Source of the DNA: a virus
Taxonomy: Duplodnaviria; Heunggongvirae; Uroviricota; Caudoviricetes
DNA length: 12,244 bases
Reading direction: 5' to 3' (one strand)
IMG/VR virus record: IMGVR_UViG_3300027312_000135
The notes below the pieces were generated by a model. That model was not told the origin of the DNA, made no database searches, and saw only the letters and a program-made list of their open reading frames with translations. The first letter of the stretch is position 1. Each line of letters begins with the position of its first letter. A program made the position numbers and the translations under genes. This document shows positions 11,391 through 12,244 of the stretch, piece by piece.

Positions 11391-11959
11391 ATATCGTTAA
11401 TGACTATGGCGACAGCACCACACCGCCCGAACACCGTGACAGCTGGCAGACGTCGCCGGAAATATTTGCTGCGCTGAACCGCAATTTCCGCTTTGTGGCT
11501 GATGTTGCGGCGAGCGAGCATAACCACCTGCTCCCGGTTTACTTCACCGAAAAGGACGACGCGCTGGCGCAGGACTGGGCCGGACAACTGCCACTGGGGA
11601 TCACCTGGTGCAATCCGACCTATAGCGACATTTCTCCCTGGGTGAAGAAAGCCGCGGAGGAATGCCGTAAAGGGATCGGCATCGTGATGCTTGTTCCCGC
11701 TGACACTTCGGTCGGCTGGTTCAGCCTGGCGCGGAACTCATGCACCGAGGTGCGCTTCATTATCGACGGTCGACTCTCGTTTATTCGCGCTGATACAGGC
11801 AAGCCGGTCAACGGCAACAATAAGGGATCGATGCTGTTGATCTGGAACCCGTTCACCTCAGATTTTGGCATAACCGGGCATGTCTCGCGTGACACGCTAA
11901 TGGCGATCGGACGGAAGCTATTGTCCGAACGGGAGCCTGCCGACGAGCGCGCCGCATGA
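11387..11959 (+). CDS. dam: Phage Dam-type DNA N6-adenine methyltransferase
   Basis: WQTSPEIFAALNRNFRFVADVAASEHN...YFT..DDAL..DW....WCNPTYSDISPWVKKA matches the phage N6A-MTase family layout. The catalytic tetrad reads NPTY rather than N/DPPY. The start is a GTG. Confidence 0.85.
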   Translation: MNIVNDYGDSTTPPEHRDSWQTSPEIFAALNRNFRFVADVAASEHNHLLPVYFTEKDDALAQDWAGQLPLGITWCNPTYSDISPWVKKAAEECRKGIGIVMLVPADTSVGWFSLARNSCTEVRFIIDGRLSFIRADTGKPVNGNNKGSMLLIWNPFTSDFGITGHVSRDTLMAIGRKLLSEREPADERAA

Positions 11960-12058
11960 CAGCCACCATAAAGAAGCCGACATGGGCTGGATTATCACTA
12001 ATCTGGCCCTTTTTATTTGTATCGTGCTGGCCTGGCTATGGCCGCCAAAGGAGTAGAT

Positions 12059-12244
12059 ATGGAACGAATGTATAGCTGCCGACAGGTTTGTGAAATTCTG
12101 AGCATCGGTAAAACCACTCTATATCGAAAGGTAAAAAGTGGTGAAATTGATAAGCCTCTGCGTAACGGTTGCCGGATGAGCCGTTGGCCGGAATCAAGCA
12201 TCACACGTTATCAGGAATCACTGAAACGAAGTCATGCGGCATAA
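12059..12244 (+). CDS. xis: AlpA/Xis-type excisionase or DNA-binding regulator
   Basis: ATG at 12059 follows AAGGAG. MERMYSCRQVCEILSIGKTTLYRKVKSGEIDKPLRNG.RMSRWPESSI is a typical AlpA-family HTH. The stop is at the window end, and an integrase is expected beyond. Confidence 0.78.
   Translation: MERMYSCRQVCEILSIGKTTLYRKVKSGEIDKPLRNGCRMSRWPESSITRYQESLKRSHAA

Larger units (their letters stand above)
1..12244. mobile_element. Internal segment of a lambdoid prophage (nin region, replication, immunity, N/cIII, recET, moron island, dam, xis)
   Basis: Gene order and divergent cI/cro arrangement match lambda. Translated ORFs are recognisably similar to lambda O, P, cII, cIII and NinB and to phage 21 N. 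Confidence 0.9.

Noticed and set aside
10909-11587. Minus-strand ORFs 10909-11199, 10964-11299 and 11354-11587
   Set aside because: They are shadows opposite the plus-strand zinc-finger, 71-aa and dam genes, which are start/stop coupled. The first also runs through the plus-strand terminator.

Overview
The window is an internal segment of a lambdoid temperate prophage of enterobacterial type. No rRNA, tRNA, CRISPR array or IS element is visible. The minus strand, read from high to low coordinates, carries the early-right operon. It runs PR/OR, cro-like repressor, nutR, cII (with an oop-like antisense RNA and a PRE-like TTGC-N6-TTGC site), a ParB-like protein, replication protein O with internal ori iterons, and replication protein P. 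A chain of small start/stop-overlapping nin-region ORFs follows, ending in a truncated NinB. The plus strand carries cI, OL/PL, nutL, a phage-21-like N, a tL1-like terminator, a 90-aa Cys-pair protein, a second terminator and cIII. It continues with small ORFs, a RecE-like exonuclease, RecT, a TraR-like zinc-finger protein, a Dam-type N6-adenine methyltransferase and an AlpA/Xis-type excisionase. The main anomaly is a visibly AT-rich island of about 2.1 kb (roughly 8800-10950) between recT and the late-left genes, bracketed by two strong terminators. It holds two divergent operons of unknown function. The minus-strand operon encodes a 195-aa three-TM membrane protein followed by three tandem paralogous 46-47-aa proline-rich micro-ORFs, all ending in ...KQVTxPxPPPKKP-stop; these are below the ORF-track cutoff. 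The plus-strand operon encodes a 41-59-aa basic peptide translationally coupled (TGATG) to a 220-aa protein. I regard this island as the best candidate for an undescribed accessory system, such as superinfection exclusion or a defence or toxin module. All homology statements come from reading translated ORFs against remembered reference proteins (lambda O, P, cII, cIII, NinB; phage 21 N). No searches were run.
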